DNA of 64,000 nt from an uncultured Planctomycetaceae bacterium (GTDB taxonomy: Bacteria > Planctomycetota > Planctomycetia > Pirellulales > PALSA-1355): contig CAWAUV010000007.1 of NCBI GenBank assembly GCA_963785305.1, positions 672,001 through 736,000 of the forward strand. The letters run 5' to 3'. Shown here in pieces: positions 43,515 through 53,067 of this stretch (position 1 is the first letter of the stretch; each line of letters opens with the position of its first letter). The notes under the pieces are model-generated. The model was not told the DNA's origin and made no database searches. It saw only the letters and a program-made list of their open reading frames with translations. The position numbers and the translations under genes were made by a program.

Positions 43515-44375
43515 ATGCGTTCGCGGTGGGGCTTCAAAACGCGGCAGGGCTTCAAAACGCGGCAGGGCTTCAAAACGCGGCAGGGCTTCAAAACGCGGCA
43601 GGGCTTCAAAACGCGGTGGGGCTCCAAAACACTGCGGGGCTTCAGCTTGATCGAGCTCTTGATCGTGATCGTGATCATTCTGATCTTGATGGCGATGTTG
43701 CTGCCGGCGATTCAGGCTGCCCGCGGCGCGGCGCGGCGCTCGGCCTGCATATCGAATCTGCGGCAGTTGGGCGTGGCGATTCAGGGATTTGTCGAGGTGC
43801 GCCGCGAGCTACCGCACTATCGCTTGTGCCCGGCGCCGTGGATCAACGGCGCTGACCTCTACTGCATGCAATTGTCCGATCCGACCGTGAACACGGGTCC
43901 GAATGAAGTTTGGTGGGCGCCCTACGATAGTCGCGTGTCGCCGACGACCCCGCCGCTCGCCGACTTCGACCCTGGTCGGTCGCTGATGGCTCCCTATCTC
44001 GAAAGCTCGGTGAGCGTGTTTCGCTGCCCCGAGGGACAGGATTTGAACCCGGCCAGCGCGACCTACGGACAGACCTTTCAGATCAGCTACGCGCTCAGCA
44101 AAGTAATTGGCGGGCCCAATGGCCTGAAGCTCGGCACGGTGTCGGCCGGCAACGGCACGTCGCGCGTGATGCTGGCCTGGGATCACGACTTCACGCCCGG
44201 CTGTTCCGACGACGGCGGAGCGCCGGTGATGCCGTTTACCTCGGCCGCCGCGCAGCCGCACTACCCGGTGGCCCGACATCAAGACACGTTTAATGTGATG
44301 TTTTGCGACGCCCATGTGCAGTCGCTTGGCCAAGAAGACCTGGAAACGAACTGGTTTTATGCCCAGCCGAATTAG
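43515..44375 (+). CDS. DUF1559-type prepilin-like protein with repeat-expanded leader
   Basis: [72 protein letters not shown] before ATG 43515. Confidence 0.9.
   Translation: MRSRWGFKTRQGFKTRQGFKTRQGFKTRQGFKTRWGSKTLRGFSLIELLIVIVIILILMAMLLPAIQAARGAARRSACISNLRQLGVAIQGFVEVRRELPHYRLCPAPWINGADLYCMQLSDPTVNTGPNEVWWAPYDSRVSPTTPPLADFDPGRSLMAPYLESSVSVFRCPEGQDLNPASATYGQTFQISYALSKVIGGPNGLKLGTVSAGNGTSRVMLAWDHDFTPGCSDDGGAPVMPFTSAAAQPHYPVARHQDTFNVMFCDAHVQSLGQEDLETNWFYAQPN
43523..43646 (+). repeat. 18-bp in-frame tandem repeat, 6 units plus a partial unit
   Basis: GCGGCAGGGCTTCAAAAC x4 exact, with flanking variants; encodes R(Q/W)GFKT. Confidence 0.97.
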
Positions 44376-44382
44376 CGGCGGC

Positions 44383-44410
44383 GCGGTCTGCCGAATATTT
44401 CAACAGGCTG
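44383..44410. repeat. Degenerate family A minimal hairpin
   Basis: CGGTCTGCCGAATATTTCAACAGGCTG, a few bases after the DUF1559 stop. The right end matches family A. Confidence 0.5.
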
Positions 44411-44487
44411 TTGCGTGGATAACGCTTCGGCACGCAAGGGGTGGACAGCGCCGCTGGCCCGCGGCTGCGTGTTCGGATTTTTGCAAA

Positions 44488-44560
44488 TACACCCGGCAGG
44501 ATTCGAACCTGCGACCTTGGCTTTAGGAAAGCCCTGCTCTATCCCCTGAGCTACGGGTGC
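44488..44560 (-). tRNA. tRNA-Arg(CCT)
   Basis: Reverse complement GCACCCGTAGCTCAGGGGATAGAGCAGGGCT-TTCCTAA-AGCCAAGGTCGCAGGTTCGAATCCTGCCGGGTGTA folds as a cloverleaf; CCA is not encoded. Confidence 0.95.
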
Positions 44561-44857
44561 CGAACTGTCGGCGCCGCTGAAACGCGGCGTCTAGCGAAGT
44601 GTACCGAATGACCGCCGCCGCGTGAAATCCCCGACGGGGGCGTTGGATGCATATCCGCGGCGGAAGTCGCCTTTCCAATTTACCGGCCGCGGGCCTACAA
44701 TTCGGAACCTCGCGATTTTAGGGACCCCCAACCGCGGCGCCGAGGGCGATATTGCACCCCCAAACTCGCTCTTTCGCGTCGTAGGATTAATTACCGCGCC
44801 TCGCCGCGACTAAAATTCCGAAAAAACCCCATTTCCCCCAAAACACCCTTAGCGCCC

Positions 44858-45823
44858 ATGACCGCGACCATCTATCTGCCCGCGACCCACGTGATGCCAA
44901 CCGCCGAGCGCGAAGTCTCGGCCAGCGCCGATGGCGCGCCGACCCGCCCGGTGCGGTTCACCAAAATGCACGGCATTGGCAACGATTATGTCTATCTCGA
45001 CTGCTTTCGCGACCCGACGCCCGCCGATCCGGCCGCCTTGGCCCGGCGGCTGGCCGATCGGCATTTCGGCGTGGGTGGCGACGGAATGATCCTCATCTGC
45101 CCGTCGGATGTGGCCGATGCCCGGATGCGCATGTTCAACAACGATGGCTCGGAATCGGAAATGTGCGGCAACGGCATCCGCTGCGTCGCGAAATATGTCC
45201 ACGATCACGATATCGCTCGCAAGCCGCGACTCACGATCGAAACCGGCGCCGGACTGCTCACGGTCGAGGTCGAAGTCGAACATCAGCGCGTGCGGCGCGT
45301 GCGAGTCGACATGGGCGCGCCGATCTTTGAGGCCGACCGCATTCCCACGACCCTGGCTGGCAGCCGCGTGATCGATGTGGCGCTGCCCTCGCTCGGTGGC
45401 GAAGCGCGTCCGGCGTGGTTCGACGCCGCCGGACTCGATCCGCGCATGACTTGCCTTTCGATGGGCAATCCCCACGTGGTGCTGTTTTGCGACCATGTGG
45501 CCGCCGTGCCGCTCGAGCTTGTCGGCCCGGCGCTCGAATGCCATCCATTCTTCCCGCGGAAGATCAATGTGCACTTCGCCCAAATTCATTCGCCGCGCGA
45601 AATCACGATGCGCACCTGGGAGCGCGGCAGCGGAGTGACGCTGGCCTGCGGAACGGGAGCGTCGGCGGTGGGCGTGGCGGCGGCGATCACCGGCCGGGCC
45701 GAGCGGCAGATCGTGGCGCACCTGCCCGGCGGCGACCTGGAGCTCGACTGGGCTGAAGACGATCATGTGTATATGACCGGCGCGGCGACCGAAGTGTTCA
45801 GCGGCGAATGGAATCCTCGCTAG
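44858..45823 (+). CDS. dapF: Diaminopimelate epimerase
   Basis: FTKMHGIGND, EMCGNGIRC, SMGNPH, WERGSGVTLACGTGA. Confidence 0.97.
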   Translation: MTATIYLPATHVMPTAEREVSASADGAPTRPVRFTKMHGIGNDYVYLDCFRDPTPADPAALARRLADRHFGVGGDGMILICPSDVADARMRMFNNDGSESEMCGNGIRCVAKYVHDHDIARKPRLTIETGAGLLTVEVEVEHQRVRRVRVDMGAPIFEADRIPTTLAGSRVIDVALPSLGGEARPAWFDAAGLDPRMTCLSMGNPHVVLFCDHVAAVPLELVGPALECHPFFPRKINVHFAQIHSPREITMRTWERGSGVTLACGTGASAVGVAAAITGRAERQIVAHLPGGDLELDWAEDDHVYMTGAATEVFSGEWNPR

Positions 45824-45923
45824 CGTCCGCCGCGTCACGGAGTCTATTGAAGATTCGACGGGCGCCAAATCAAACGCATCGCGATCGGAAGAAGTTCCTT
45901 TTGCGTGGCAGGGAGGCCAAGCA

Positions 45924-46793
45924 ATGAAAACAACGAGCCCATTGGGTATCAAGCTGGCCGGGCTCTTGGGCTCGGCGACCATTCTGTCCTGGATGTCGAC
46001 TCTCGACTACAAAGCCGTGTACCACGATCGCAAAGTCGATCTCGCGGGCGGCGACAACCGGCGCCCGCGGATCTACATCTTCTGGCATGAAAACATCCTC
46101 ATGCCGGTCCATCTGCGCGGTCATACGAATGTGGCGATGCTGCTCAGCCGGCATCGCGACGCCGATGTGATGGCGCGGCTGGCCGATCAACTTGGCTTTG
46201 AATGCGTGCGCGGTTCGACATTTGCCGGCGGCGCGACGGCATTGCGGGAACTCGAGGAGAAATCCAAGCGGCTGAACTTGGCGATCACGCCCGATGGCCC
46301 GCGTGGCCCGCGGCGCCGCTTGGCCCAGGGCTGCGTGTTCTTGGCCTCGAGGCTGAGAATGCCGATCGTGGCGATGGGCCTGGGCTACGACCGCCCGTGG
46401 CGAGCGAGGAGTTGGGACCGGTTCGCCATTCCGCGGCCTTTTACGCGTGCCCGCGGCGTGATCAGTCCCGAGCTGCGCGTGCCGCCGAATCTCGACCGCA
46501 CGGACCTCGAGCGCTACCGGCTGCAAGTCGAATCGGTGCTCAATCGCCTGACGAGCGAAGCCGAAGCCTGGGCCGAAGCCGACACGGCGAAAGTGAATCA
46601 AGTGCCGGTGCGGCGCGAGCCGGAACGCAACCGCCGAAAATTCGACCGCATCGATCCGGCTCACGAGCTCTCGCCGTCGGAACTCAATTCGCCCGAGACG
46701 TCGCCGCCCTGTTCGGCGTCGTCGGGACTCGCGGGCGAAGGCGATAGCGCCTCGCGCTACTCGGAATCCGGCGACGAACACTCGTTCGCGTAA
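45924..46793 (+). CDS. DUF374/lysophospholipid acyltransferase-like protein
   Basis: IFWHE, SRHRDA, VRGS, ITPDGPRGP, SWDRFAIPRPF. Confidence 0.85.
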   Translation: MKTTSPLGIKLAGLLGSATILSWMSTLDYKAVYHDRKVDLAGGDNRRPRIYIFWHENILMPVHLRGHTNVAMLLSRHRDADVMARLADQLGFECVRGSTFAGGATALRELEEKSKRLNLAITPDGPRGPRRRLAQGCVFLASRLRMPIVAMGLGYDRPWRARSWDRFAIPRPFTRARGVISPELRVPPNLDRTDLERYRLQVESVLNRLTSEAEAWAEADTAKVNQVPVRREPERNRRKFDRIDPAHELSPSELNSPETSPPCSASSGLAGEGDSASRYSESGDEHSFA

Positions 46794-47596
46794 CTCGACG
46801 CGCGACCGAGCCAATAGCCGCGAAAACCAGCCCCGCGCGCAAGTGCGAGGAGCGACGTCATGACGAGTGCCCAAGCGACGAAACACTTCGCGATGTCCAT
46901 GTAATCGAAATAATCGAACCGCACGCCTCCGACGGCGGCGATGAAAAACGCCAGCGCAAGACCCAGCGAAGTGATTTTCCAGGCCCACGACGCGCGGCTG
47001 AATACGACCCAAACACAAATCGTGACGCCTACCGCGACAATGGCCGTCAATGCGATCAACGACGGTTGGATATGCGCATTCGGCATTTTCACGCCGCGCA
47101 GGCACGCCATCGACACTGCGCAAAATGTCAAACTGGTCAGGAGTTGGGCGAGACCGAATTGGGATCGCCCGCCGCGGAGTTGGCGTCCGGAAACCCCGAG
47201 CCAATCGACGCGAAATCCCGCGAAACCAAGTGGCGCGACCCCGAGCATGGCCAGCAGAACCGCGAGCGGACTCGGCTGTTCGTAAAACGACTTGAGCGAG
47301 AATTCCGCATGGATCAAGAACTGATTCAAGACAAACATCAGCGCGAGCGCCAGTTGGACTTTTATTCGAGGCGCGAGACAAATCATCGCGACGAAAAACG
47401 CGACGACGCCGAGATGAACACCGAGCCGAACCTCGAACGATTGCAAAAACGGAAGCGAAACGATCGGCGCCCCGCCGCCAGGCCGCGAGCGACTGTCGAC
47501 GAGCACGAAATCCAGGGCCAAGAGCGCGGCGAGCAATGCGATCCGTCGTCCGATGCGCGGTCGGTCGGAAAGCGATTTGGTTTCATCTTGCGACAT
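46757..47596 (-). CDS. Hypothetical multi-pass membrane protein
   Basis: About 8 hydrophobic segments and a planctomycete-type QFGLAQLL motif. Overlaps the convergent gene by 37 bp. Confidence 0.65.
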   Translation of the reverse strand: MSQDETKSLSDRPRIGRRIALLAALLALDFVLVDSRSRPGGGAPIVSLPFLQSFEVRLGVHLGVVAFFVAMICLAPRIKVQLALALMFVLNQFLIHAEFSLKSFYEQPSPLAVLLAMLGVAPLGFAGFRVDWLGVSGRQLRGGRSQFGLAQLLTSLTFCAVSMACLRGVKMPNAHIQPSLIALTAIVAVGVTICVWVVFSRASWAWKITSLGLALAFFIAAVGGVRFDYFDYMDIAKCFVAWALVMTSLLALARGAGFRGYWLGRASSYANECSSPDSE

Positions 47597-47871
47597 GATA
47601 TGCGATTATAATCCGGCGACTGCGAGTCCGCCGTATTTGGATCGCACGAAACCATCGGCCGAGAAATGGCGCGGCGCCGGCCGGGCCGTAATTCTTCCTC
47701 CACAAATTGCACAATCGGCTTTCGCCGACGATACTATTTCAAATCGTCGCCGCTCCCCATGGCGTCGCCGCTTGGTCCGCCGCGAACTGCCGCCCGCAAA
47801 TGGACGGTTCGCCCCGCACGGCGATTTTATCGACCGACCCACCGCATCGTTTCACGCTAGGAATTCCGACC

Positions 47872-49275
47872 ATGACTCGCTCCGCCCCACCAAGCCGCCC
47901 CGGAATCGATCGCCGCGCTTTTCTCCAAGCCGGCGCCGCTCTCACGGCCGGGTACTGGCTCGGCGGCTCCGTCTCGAGGGTCCGCGCGGCCGAGTCGGCG
48001 CAAAATGCCTTGAATGTCGCGCTGATCGGCGTCGGCGGGCGGGGCGAGGCCAATGTCGGCGGTCTGGCCAAGCAAAACATCGTGGCCATGTGCGATGTCG
48101 ATGAGGTCCGCGCCGCGCAGTCGTTCGACCGATTTCCCAATGCGAAGAAATTCACCGACTTTCGCCGCATGTTCGACGAACTGGGCAATCAGATCGACGC
48201 CGTGGCGATCAGCACCCCGGACCACACCCATTTTCATCCCGCCTATTGGGCGATCGAGCGAGGCAAGCATGTGTACCTCGAAAAGCCCATGGCCCATTCG
48301 CTTTGGGAAGTGCGCGAGCTGACCCGTCTCGCGGCCGATAAAAAAGTGGCCACCCAACTCGGCGTGCAGCGCCACACGCTCAAGCCGCTCCGCGCGGCGG
48401 TCGCGATCGTGAAGTCGGGCGTCTTGGGGCCGATCCAAGAGGTGCATTGCTGGATCGATAGCGATCGCGGCCTTCCCAAGGATTTGCCCCGCAATGGCGA
48501 GACATGTCCCAACACGCTCGATTGGGATCTGTGGCTGGGTCCCGCGGCCGAGCGGCCGTATAGCAAAGCCTATTGCCCTTACAACTGGCGCTTCTGGTGG
48601 GACTTTGGCACCGGCGAAACCGGCAACTGGGGCTGCCACATTCTCGACATCCCGTTTTGGGCCCTGGACCTCAAGTACCCCACGCATGTGTCGGCTACCG
48701 GCGCCACGCCCGACGAGACCCGCACCCCTACCGCCATGGCCAGCCGGCTCGAGTTTCCGGCCTCCGGCTCGCGCCCGGCGGTGACGCTCCACTGGAGCCA
48801 GGCCAAGGGCGGCCCTCCGATTCTCAAGGAGCTCGGCCTGAGCGGCAAAAACATGAACACGCTGTTTATCGGCGCCGAAGGCAAGATGCTCTGCGGCTTC
48901 GACAATATCGAGCTGTTGCCCGCCGGAAAGTTCGCCAGCACACTCATGCCGCCATCGCCCGCCGATCTGGCCAAGGCCAAGTCGAAGGACAAGAAAAGTC
49001 CCTCGCCGCGCGATGCCCAAATCGCGAAACTCGCGGAATCGCTCGGGCCGAACCCCGGGTTCCACTCCGAATGGGTCGAAGCCTGCCGTGGCGGGGCGGC
49101 CGCCAGTTGCAACTTCGGGTATTCTGGACCCATGGCCGAAACGGTGCTGCTGGCGAACCTTGCCTATCGAGTCCAAGGCAGCTTCGCCTGGGACGCCGCG
49201 GCCCTCAAGCCCGATAGCGCCGCGGCCGAGCGCTGGATTCGGCCGGTGTTTCGTAAAGGTTGGGAAGTTTCCTGA
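47872..49275 (+). CDS. Tat-exported Gfo/Idh/MocA oxidoreductase
   Basis: DRRAFL, IGVGGRG, STPDHTH, YLEKP, WDLWLGPA, GNWGCHILD. Confidence 0.93.
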   Translation: MTRSAPPSRPGIDRRAFLQAGAALTAGYWLGGSVSRVRAAESAQNALNVALIGVGGRGEANVGGLAKQNIVAMCDVDEVRAAQSFDRFPNAKKFTDFRRMFDELGNQIDAVAISTPDHTHFHPAYWAIERGKHVYLEKPMAHSLWEVRELTRLAADKKVATQLGVQRHTLKPLRAAVAIVKSGVLGPIQEVHCWIDSDRGLPKDLPRNGETCPNTLDWDLWLGPAAERPYSKAYCPYNWRFWWDFGTGETGNWGCHILDIPFWALDLKYPTHVSATGATPDETRTPTAMASRLEFPASGSRPAVTLHWSQAKGGPPILKELGLSGKNMNTLFIGAEGKMLCGFDNIELLPAGKFASTLMPPSPADLAKAKSKDKKSPSPRDAQIAKLAESLGPNPGFHSEWVEACRGGAAASCNFGYSGPMAETVLLANLAYRVQGSFAWDAAALKPDSAAAERWIRPVFRKGWEVS

Positions 49276-49856
49276 TGAGGATCATCAAGTACCCGCATCC
49301 CACGCTGCGGCATGTCTCCAAGCCGCTGAGGCGTGTCGATGCCGAGTTGCACCGCACGGTCCGCGAGATGTTCGACCTCATGTACGAGTCGAAAGGCATT
49401 GGGCTGGCGGCGAACCAAGTCGATTTGCCCTACCGTCTGTTCGTGCTCAATCTGCTGAGCGATCCGCAAGCGCGCGACGAGGAGCGGGTTTTCATCAATC
49501 CGGTGCTCACCAGCCGCAAGGGCATGACCGAAGCCGAGGAGGGCTGCTTGAGCCTGCCCGGTCTCTACGCCGACGTGCGCCGACCGGAGACCGTGAAGCT
49601 CAATGCTTACACGCTCAGCGGTCAGGAAGTGTCGCTCGACCTCGACGGGCTGTTCGCCCGCGCCGCGCAGCACGAAATCGACCATCTCGACGGCATCCTG
49701 TTCGTCGACCGGCTCTCGCCGACCGGAGCACTGGCGGTGCGCGAGGCGATGGAGGATTTTGAGCGCGAATTTCATAGCCATCGCGACCGCGGCGAACTGC
49801 CCGACGACGCCGCGATCGCCAGCCGCCTGGCGGAGCTCGAAAAGCTGCGCACCTAA
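49275..49856 (+). CDS. def: Peptide deformylase
   Basis: GIGLAANQV, EGCLSLP, QHEIDHLDG. Confidence 0.97.
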   Translation: MRIIKYPHPTLRHVSKPLRRVDAELHRTVREMFDLMYESKGIGLAANQVDLPYRLFVLNLLSDPQARDEERVFINPVLTSRKGMTEAEEGCLSLPGLYADVRRPETVKLNAYTLSGQEVSLDLDGLFARAAQHEIDHLDGILFVDRLSPTGALAVREAMEDFEREFHSHRDRGELPDDAAIASRLAELEKLRT

Positions 49857-49882
49857 AGCGGCGCGAGCCCCAGGCGCGTTTA

Positions 49883-49993
49883 CTATTTTTGCGGCGGCAG
49901 GATCGGCGTCTTGCCGGTCGAGATCACGCCCTTGGTCTTGTCCTTGGGCTGCTTCGGTTTCTTCTTCTCCTTGCGACGATCTTTATTACCCAT
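49883..49993 (-). CDS. Small Lys-rich protein, 36 aa (below the ORF-track cutoff)
   Basis: AAAGGA RBS, MGNKDRRKEKKKPKQPKDKTKGVISTGKTPILPPQK, tandem TAG TAA stops, GC3-biased codons. Confidence 0.65.
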   Translation of the reverse strand: MGNKDRRKEKKKPKQPKDKTKGVISTGKTPILPPQK

Positions 49994-50289
49994 GATTCGA
50001 TCCTTTGCTTCGTGAGTGGGCCCATCGACCGGGGAAACAGTCGACGGGAAAAAATGGTCGACGCGAAATCATTTGCCGCGAGGGTCGTGCAATCGGGCCA
50101 CGAGCGCCGAGGCGCCAGGGCAAACGCTCGCGCATGCACCGCCGTCATTTTGACATAAATTCCGCCCGGCGGAAATCGCAGCTTACCGCGATCGCATAAT
50201 TCCGCAACTGATCTTGCCGCTGGCGGCGCCGATTTGGTATTCGACCGGCTTCGATTTCACCCCTATGAGCCCATCGAGAGACGCTTCGC

Positions 50290-51908
50290 ATGTCGGACCC
50301 GCTGGTCGACGATCGCTCGCGGGCCGCCGAAAGGGGCCGCTTGCCGCTCGGCGAGCGCCGCTTGCCGCTCGGCGAGATCGCCGCGGTGCTGGCCGCGCTC
50401 GTGGCGATGGCGATGTGGATCGACTACAGCGCGGCGCAAAGCAATCACAATAGCGACACGTTCGTCATGTCGCTCATTAGCATCCATCGCTGGACACCGC
50501 TCTATTGGGAGCAAAACCGGCTGGGAATGCTGGTGCCGCTCTTGGCCACGCCGTTTCATCATCCGCTCACCAACCTGCTCGTGCAGTCGGGCATCGACAT
50601 TTTCGCGGGCCTTGCTGGCTTCTTTCTACTCGGCTACTACGCGCTCGGACGCCGCGGCGGCGCGACGGTCGGCGCCGCAAGCGTCCTGATGTTCGTGCTG
50701 GCGGTGCGACTGCGGCAACAGTTCGGCTACTATGTGTTCTTGCATCAATATGGGGTCTCGCTGGCGCTGGCGCTCTCGGCTCTTTTGCTGCTGGCGCCTT
50801 ATCGCCGCGGCGTCTCGTGGCGATTGCCGGCGGCGGTGCTGTTGGTGTGGCTCGCCCTGTGGGTCAATCCCTCGCTGGCATTTGCCCTCTTTCCGCTCAT
50901 TATCGCAAACCGCTGGGTGAAGCATCTCGCCGCTCGGCTCGAGCAAACCGCGCTCGTCGAACGTAAGAGCGCTGTTGATTTCGCGCCCGGATCTCGAGCC
51001 GCTTTTCCCCCGCCGACGCCGTGGCCCTGGGCGCCACCATCACCGGGCTCGCGCTCAGCATGGCGCTCTCGAAGTTTGCTTCGATCGATCAGGAGCCCTA
51101 CGCCATTCTTTCGCCCGGCGAGTGGCTCGCTTGCGCGGGCGGCGTGCTGCGCAACATGCCCGACGAACTGCACGGAGGCTATCTCGCCGCGATCTTCCTA
51201 TTCGCGGCCTCGGGATTCGTGGCGCTGGCTTGGCCCCAGGGCCGCAAGGCTCTGGCGGCTTCGGCCGCCATGCCACTGGCGCTGCTTGCGGCGGCGGCGG
51301 TGCAATTCGCCTTCATGACCAGCCTCGATCATGTGCATCAATCCGACTATGGCCACTATGTCTTTGCTTCGGTCTTTTTGTGGCAGGGCGCCTGCGTCGC
51401 GTTTGCCGTGAGTCAATGGGCGGCGGTCGTGCCCGCCGAGAGCGTTCATGTTCGCCGCTTGCCCTATGGGCTCGTCGCGCTGCTCTGTGTCGTGACCATG
51501 GCCCGCTATGGGCGAGTGGGCGAGCAGGTGGTGAGGAAGGCGCTCGATGATCGAGCCGGCAAATTCACCGCCGAAACACTCGACGCCCGCTGCACGCATG
51601 TGATCGGCGACTATTGGCGCGTGTGGCCCACGGTGTTTCACGCCAATCTGCGCCTCGCCGACCAGGGCAGCTCGCGCGTCGTGTGGGGCATCACCCAGCG
51701 GTCGCGGCCGACGATGCGCTGCTGGAGCCGCGTGCCCGAGAGCGATACGCGCATCGCCTCGATCCTGGGCGACGAAGGCAATGCCTGGGCCTTTGCCGAG
51801 CATTATCGGCTTCCGCCGCTGGTGGAACTCGGTCGGGGCCAACGTATTCGGGTGCTGACGCCGACCCAACCCCTGGCGGCCCGCTGGCCGATGGTCCCGC
51901 CGCGCTGA
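50290..51908 (+). CDS. Polytopic membrane protein, possibly GT-C-fold glycosyltransferase-like; frameshift near 51010
   Basis: First TM followed by loop NSDT..RWTPLYWEQNRLG, more than 10 TM segments, soluble C-tail with GDYWRVWP. Confidence 0.6.
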
Positions 51909-51936
51909 TCCGGCGCCGCGGAGTGTCGTCCGTTTC

Positions 51937-52629
51937 TTATTGGTCATGCGCCGCGCGCAGCGCCGCCAACAGTCCCACGATTTGTTCGTGAACCTGACGA
52001 TTCTGCGAAACGACGATCACGCCGATCGACGGCGCCGCCACGATCGAAGCCGCGCCGCCGCCCGAGTTCCAGGAAAGCGGATCGAGCGAGGTGGTGATGA
52101 CGTGTGTTAGCTCCTCGCCCCAGGGCTTCTCGTCTTCGGAAACCAGGTCTTTCACCGGATAGACACGCGTGCGGAGCGTGCCATGCACCTTGCCCCGAGT
52201 CGTGATGACAACCGCGCCTCGATCCACGATCCAATCGAGCTCGAGCTGCGCGAGAATGGCAGAAAGCGCGTGCTTGGCGGGCTGCCCGGCGGATTTGTAT
52301 GTGACCGGCGTGTCCCGCGCGATTCCCTCTTCGTCGAGGGCGTGCCCATCGATTCGGCAAGGCGTGTTCAATTGGTCGGCCAGAAAATCGATCACATCGG
52401 TCAGCGGCGCGTCTTCGAACCCGAATTTGATGTTTTTATCCAGCGCGGCGAGCGCCGCGTCGTCGGCCTTTTGGTCATCGGGGCTCGCAATGGATAGCGG
52501 CGCCTGGGCCCACGCCTCGCTTGGCGTGGCGGCCAACATCGCGGCGAAGGGCGTCGCGAGCGCCATCGTCAACCGAAAAATGCTCCGCCGAGCCGCAATG
52601 TTCCGCCCACTCGTGTTCCACCCCGTCAT
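51937..52629 (-). CDS. Exported secretin-N/STN-like domain protein (no secretin barrel)
   Basis: Signal peptide, FEDAPLTDVIDFL, LDEEGI...PVT, TRVYPVKDL, SWNSGGG, VSQNRQVHEQIVGLL. Confidence 0.7.
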   Translation of the reverse strand: MTGWNTSGRNIAARRSIFRLTMALATPFAAMLAATPSEAWAQAPLSIASPDDQKADDAALAALDKNIKFGFEDAPLTDVIDFLADQLNTPCRIDGHALDEEGIARDTPVTYKSAGQPAKHALSAILAQLELDWIVDRGAVVITTRGKVHGTLRTRVYPVKDLVSEDEKPWGEELTHVITTSLDPLSWNSGGGAASIVAAPSIGVIVVSQNRQVHEQIVGLLAALRAAHDQ

Positions 52630-53067
52630 GCGACACTCTGCCTTTCGATGGGAGCCGAGGATTGCTCGCGAACGGCAGCCACGAAACCGCCCCGCCGCGC
52701 GCTAGCCGAAAGCCGTTTTTCGCGAATGCGAAAGAGTCCGGACCCGGACGCCCCCGATTATAGCTCGCGCCCCGGTCGCGCGGCTAGCGACCGCGCGATT
52801 GGTTTGCCGCATGCGTCGCTTTGGGCGGTTCGGCCGCTTTGGGCGCGTTCGCCAATTTTTTCGCCTCGAATCGCTCGGGCGCTCCGCAAGTCGCAAGGCG
52901 CCAAACCAGCGAGCCATCTCGCGGCCGGCGGATTGACCGTCTCGGCGATCCGTCGACAATTCCAGGAGGGCTCGGTTTTCGGTGTTCGATTGGCAATCGC
53001 GGGAAGCTTGCGTCGAGCGTTTGATAGACGATTCTCAAAAACCAACAAGCACAATGGGGCTTTCATC

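Noticed and set aside
43523..43646. CRISPR array (unit GCTTCAAAACGCGGC superficially resembles GCTTCAAT-type repeats)
   Set aside because: Units are directly adjacent with no spacers, lie in frame in a CDS, and no cas genes are present.
44488..44560. tRNA-Arg as the attachment site of a genomic island
   Set aside because: No integrase and no duplicated tRNA 3' end were noticed, and the flanking genes are typical chromosomal ones.
35314..49275. Three Tat Gfo/Idh/MocA genes as one dedicated pathway
   Set aside because: They are dispersed among unrelated genes, and this family is known to be highly expanded in planctomycetes.
50335..50376. 21-bp tandem duplication encoding RLPLGE twice
   Set aside because: Two-copy in-frame duplication in an unstructured N-terminus with no functional signal.
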